Assembly (NCBI GenBank): GCA_034723395.1
Contig: JAYEOW010000040.1
Span: 782-64,781, forward strand
DNA length: 64,000 bases
Direction of reading: 5' to 3'
Source of the DNA: Candidatus Margulisiibacteriota bacterium
GTDB lineage: Bacteria > Margulisbacteria > WOR-1 > O2-12-FULL-45-9
Part shown: piece after piece, positions 63,656 through 64,000 of the stretch
Position numbering within the stretch: position 1 is the first letter of the stretch
Layout of the letters: every line of letters starts with the position of its first letter
The notes under the pieces: generated by a model
Seen by the model: only the letters and a program-made list of their open reading frames with translations
What the model was told of the DNA's origin: nothing
Databases searched by the model: none
Position numbers and translations under genes: made by a program

Positions 63656-64000
63656 ATCCCTTAATCATTTTTAAAAGGTCGTCCCGTTTATTTATTTTTG
63701 GATGATCAAGGACCTCTTCAAGCAGGCAGTTTAATACTTTCCCTACCTTTGGGCCGGATTTTATTTTTAGCGTATTCATAACATCTTTTCCGTCAACTTT
63801 TAGGTCTTTAATGTGCAGTGCGTTTTCCTCTCTTAATATCTTTTTGATCCGTTTCTTGAGCTGGACCAGATAGTTGGAGCCGATCTCTTGCTCCATCGCG
63901 CTGGCATCCGCGTTCCTCAAGGTAAAAAGGGGCCCGACCATTTCTGCCCCGCCGATCCGACGGATAAAGCGCCTTACTGCGGCATCGCTCCAATCAGAAG
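63648..64000 (-). CDS. cca: C-terminal part of a CCA-adding enzyme / poly(A) polymerase family protein (5' end outside the window)
   Basis: LKVDGKDVMNTLKIKSGPKVGKVLNCLLEEVLDHP resembles the tail of CCA tRNA nucleotidyltransferases. The frame stays open to the window edge. Confidence 0.45.
   Translation of the reverse strand, partial: SDWSDAAVRRFIRRIGGAEMVGPLFTLRNADASAMEQEIGSNYLVQLKKRIKKILREENALHIKDLKVDGKDVMNTLKIKSGPKVGKVLNCLLEEVLDHPKINKRDDLLKMIKGYA

Noticed and set aside
1-64000. CRISPR arrays, tRNA/rRNA genes, IS elements or integrases
   Set aside because: No regular direct-repeat/spacer periodicity, no tRNA-like cloverleaf candidates in the few intergenic gaps, and no transposase- or integrase-like ORFs were recognised. 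The only repeats seen are the duplicated 18-mer at 41.3 kb and the protein-coding P1-P3 module.

Overview
This 64 kb window is densely coding on both strands. It appears to come from an anaerobic diderm bacterium with mid-range GC (about 45-50% by eye) whose outer membrane is tethered by SLH domains. Four kinds of content are supported.

(1) Ordinary housekeeping genes: rpe, ribD, hup, comM/yifB, gmk-rpoZ-coaBC-priA-def, fmt, nrdR, ispH-dapL-dapF-queD, murI, an amidase and a partial cca.

(2) The origin-proximal signature parB-parA-rsmG, followed by Omp85 and TamB-like outer-membrane biogenesis genes and an SLH-plus-beta-barrel OmpM-like protein.

(3) A redox-controlled hydrogenase locus:
- A Rex repressor gene sits between two recognisable Rex operator boxes.
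- It is adjacent to a tetrameric cytoplasmic group-3b [NiFe] hydrogenase (sulfhydrogenase type) in the Pyrococcus-like order beta-gamma-delta-alpha, plus a maturation endopeptidase.
- In the same strand block are a Zn-finger-less HypA-like gene, an unprecedented HypC-like::HydE fusion, and a HydG-like radical-SAM gene.
- These are [FeFe]-hydrogenase-type maturases wired into a [NiFe] hydrogenase operon; no HydF, [FeFe] HydA or HypBDEF is visible. I rank this the most interesting candidate for an undescribed maturation system.

(4) An accessory island between an ABC exporter/response regulator and parB:
- A radical-SAM-PDZ-DUF512 enzyme preceded by an A9 tract, and a stand-alone DUF512-like paralogue.
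- A radical-SAM/SPASM enzyme translationally coupled to a 55-aa Lys-rich peptide.
- An AbiEii/AbiEi pair in inverted order.
- A DUF4143 AAA ATPase.
- Three paralogous small proteins with a protein-level-conserved N-terminal module and divergent C-terminal tails (one ending in -VY). The arrangement resembles leader/core RiPP precursors or another uncharacterised peptide-based system.

Other points worth a second look:
- A tandem duplication of the anaerobic ribonucleotide reductase gene nrdD behind nrdR, followed by a redoxin and with no nrdG in view.
- A hairpin-dense 210-nt intergenic region containing a duplicated 18-mer.
- A split Ser/Thr-kinase/PASTA arrangement.
- A sensor kinase inserted between def and fmt.
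- Several genes whose conserved N-termini precede any canonical start codon.

I did not recognise any rRNA, tRNA, CRISPR array or transposase. All similarity statements are from reading motifs by eye, not from searches.
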